Made by a program: the position numbers and the translations under genes. The notes below the pieces were generated by a model. That model was not told the origin of the DNA. It did no database searches and saw only the letters and a program-made list of their open reading frames with translations. A stretch of 54,806 bases of DNA from Choristocarpus tenellus KU-1152 (Eukaryota > Protista > Phaeophyceae): NCBI GenBank assembly GCA_964200185.2, contig CAXNAD020000008.1, positions 1-54,806 on the forward strand, in the 5' to 3' direction. Shown here piece by piece: positions 54,244-54,806 of this stretch (within the stretch, counting starts at the first letter, position 1; every line of letters starts with the position of its first letter).

Positions 54244-54281
54244 CTCCCCCATGAGCATGCAGCAAAGTTGCTGATAAAAGC

Positions 54282-54806
54282 TCACCCCCGACGCAAAAGC
54301 GCGGAATGCACAAAATCAGAAGTAAGGTCCTTGCGCAAAGACTTGGTCAAAATGATGACCAGCTGTTTGGACGTAGGAACTTATCGTAGGTGGAACAGAC
54401 CCTGGTCCACGTATTCTCTGGTGCACTTCAGTCTCATGTCCACGTTCTTGGTTGTCCCGTTGAAACCTGTGATGCTGCCCGGCTGGATAGCACCACGGTT
54501 GTCACAGAACCATAGAGTCTGATCCTGGTGCAGTGCGCCGATTTCTCCCAGATTGTCTCGAAGGAAAATGCAGTGGCGCATGCCATATGCCATTGCCGTC
54601 CACTTGGCGTCTGACCTGGAGAGGGTGACGGCGCCTTGAAGCTTGCAGCGCCAGGGGATCAACGATCCGTTGAACAATAGTAGGTAACCTGTGGCACTCC
54701 TGCGTGTTTAGGAGTCGATGCCCCAGTCGGAATCCCCATACCCCACCAAGAGCTCTCCGTCCCCTCCGCTCACATCTCTACTCCCCCGAGCATGGTGAAT
54801 GCAGAG
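54282..54806 (-). mobile_element. Ty1/copia pol C-terminus (RNase H), pseudogenised; runs off the window end
   Basis: YGDSDWG..*TRRSATGY, W.CKLQ..VTLS, CDNRGAI, TKNVDMR, *VPTSKQL..ILTKSL. In-frame TAA codons at 54710-54708 and 54383-54381; terminal TGA at 54284-54282. Confidence 0.92.

Noticed and set aside
54187-54522. 111-aa plus-strand ORF, representative of the many short six-frame ORFs
   Set aside because: Antisense shadow of copia pol. Similar short ORFs overlapping exons or introns elsewhere lack motifs and often rely on non-ATG starts.

Overview
This is intron-rich eukaryotic genomic DNA, so most of the supplied six-frame ORFs are artefacts. The gene set and TTAGGG-type repeats suggest a flagellated stramenopile, possibly a brown alga or relative; that is inference only. 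Six protein-coding genes were reconstructed by hand from splice sites and reading phase: the last exon of a WDR47-like WD40 gene (+); spermidine synthase (-, 7 exons, 293 aa); a PKA regulatory-subunit-like protein (+, 10 exons, 347 aa); inositol-pentakisphosphate 2-kinase IPK1 (-, 4 exons, 804 aa); COQ3 O-methyltransferase (+, 6 exons, about 305 aa), head-to-head with IPK1; and a SAS6-like protein (+, 6 exons, 224 aa). Intergenic DNA holds a decayed Ty1/copia element with its 3' LTR, a related solo LTR, two TTAA-flanked MITE copies, SINE-like fragments and short tandem repeats. The most unusual signals are: (1) an apparently obligatory GA-AG intron in the PKA-R gene; (2) a PKA-R whose dimerization/docking domain is replaced by an N-myristoylation motif and whose two cyclic-nucleotide cassettes are PKG-like (PRTA, FGEKAL); (3) a copia LTR family carrying an internal tRNA-like Pol III cassette; (4) CpG-island-like 5' ends against a CpG-depleted background.
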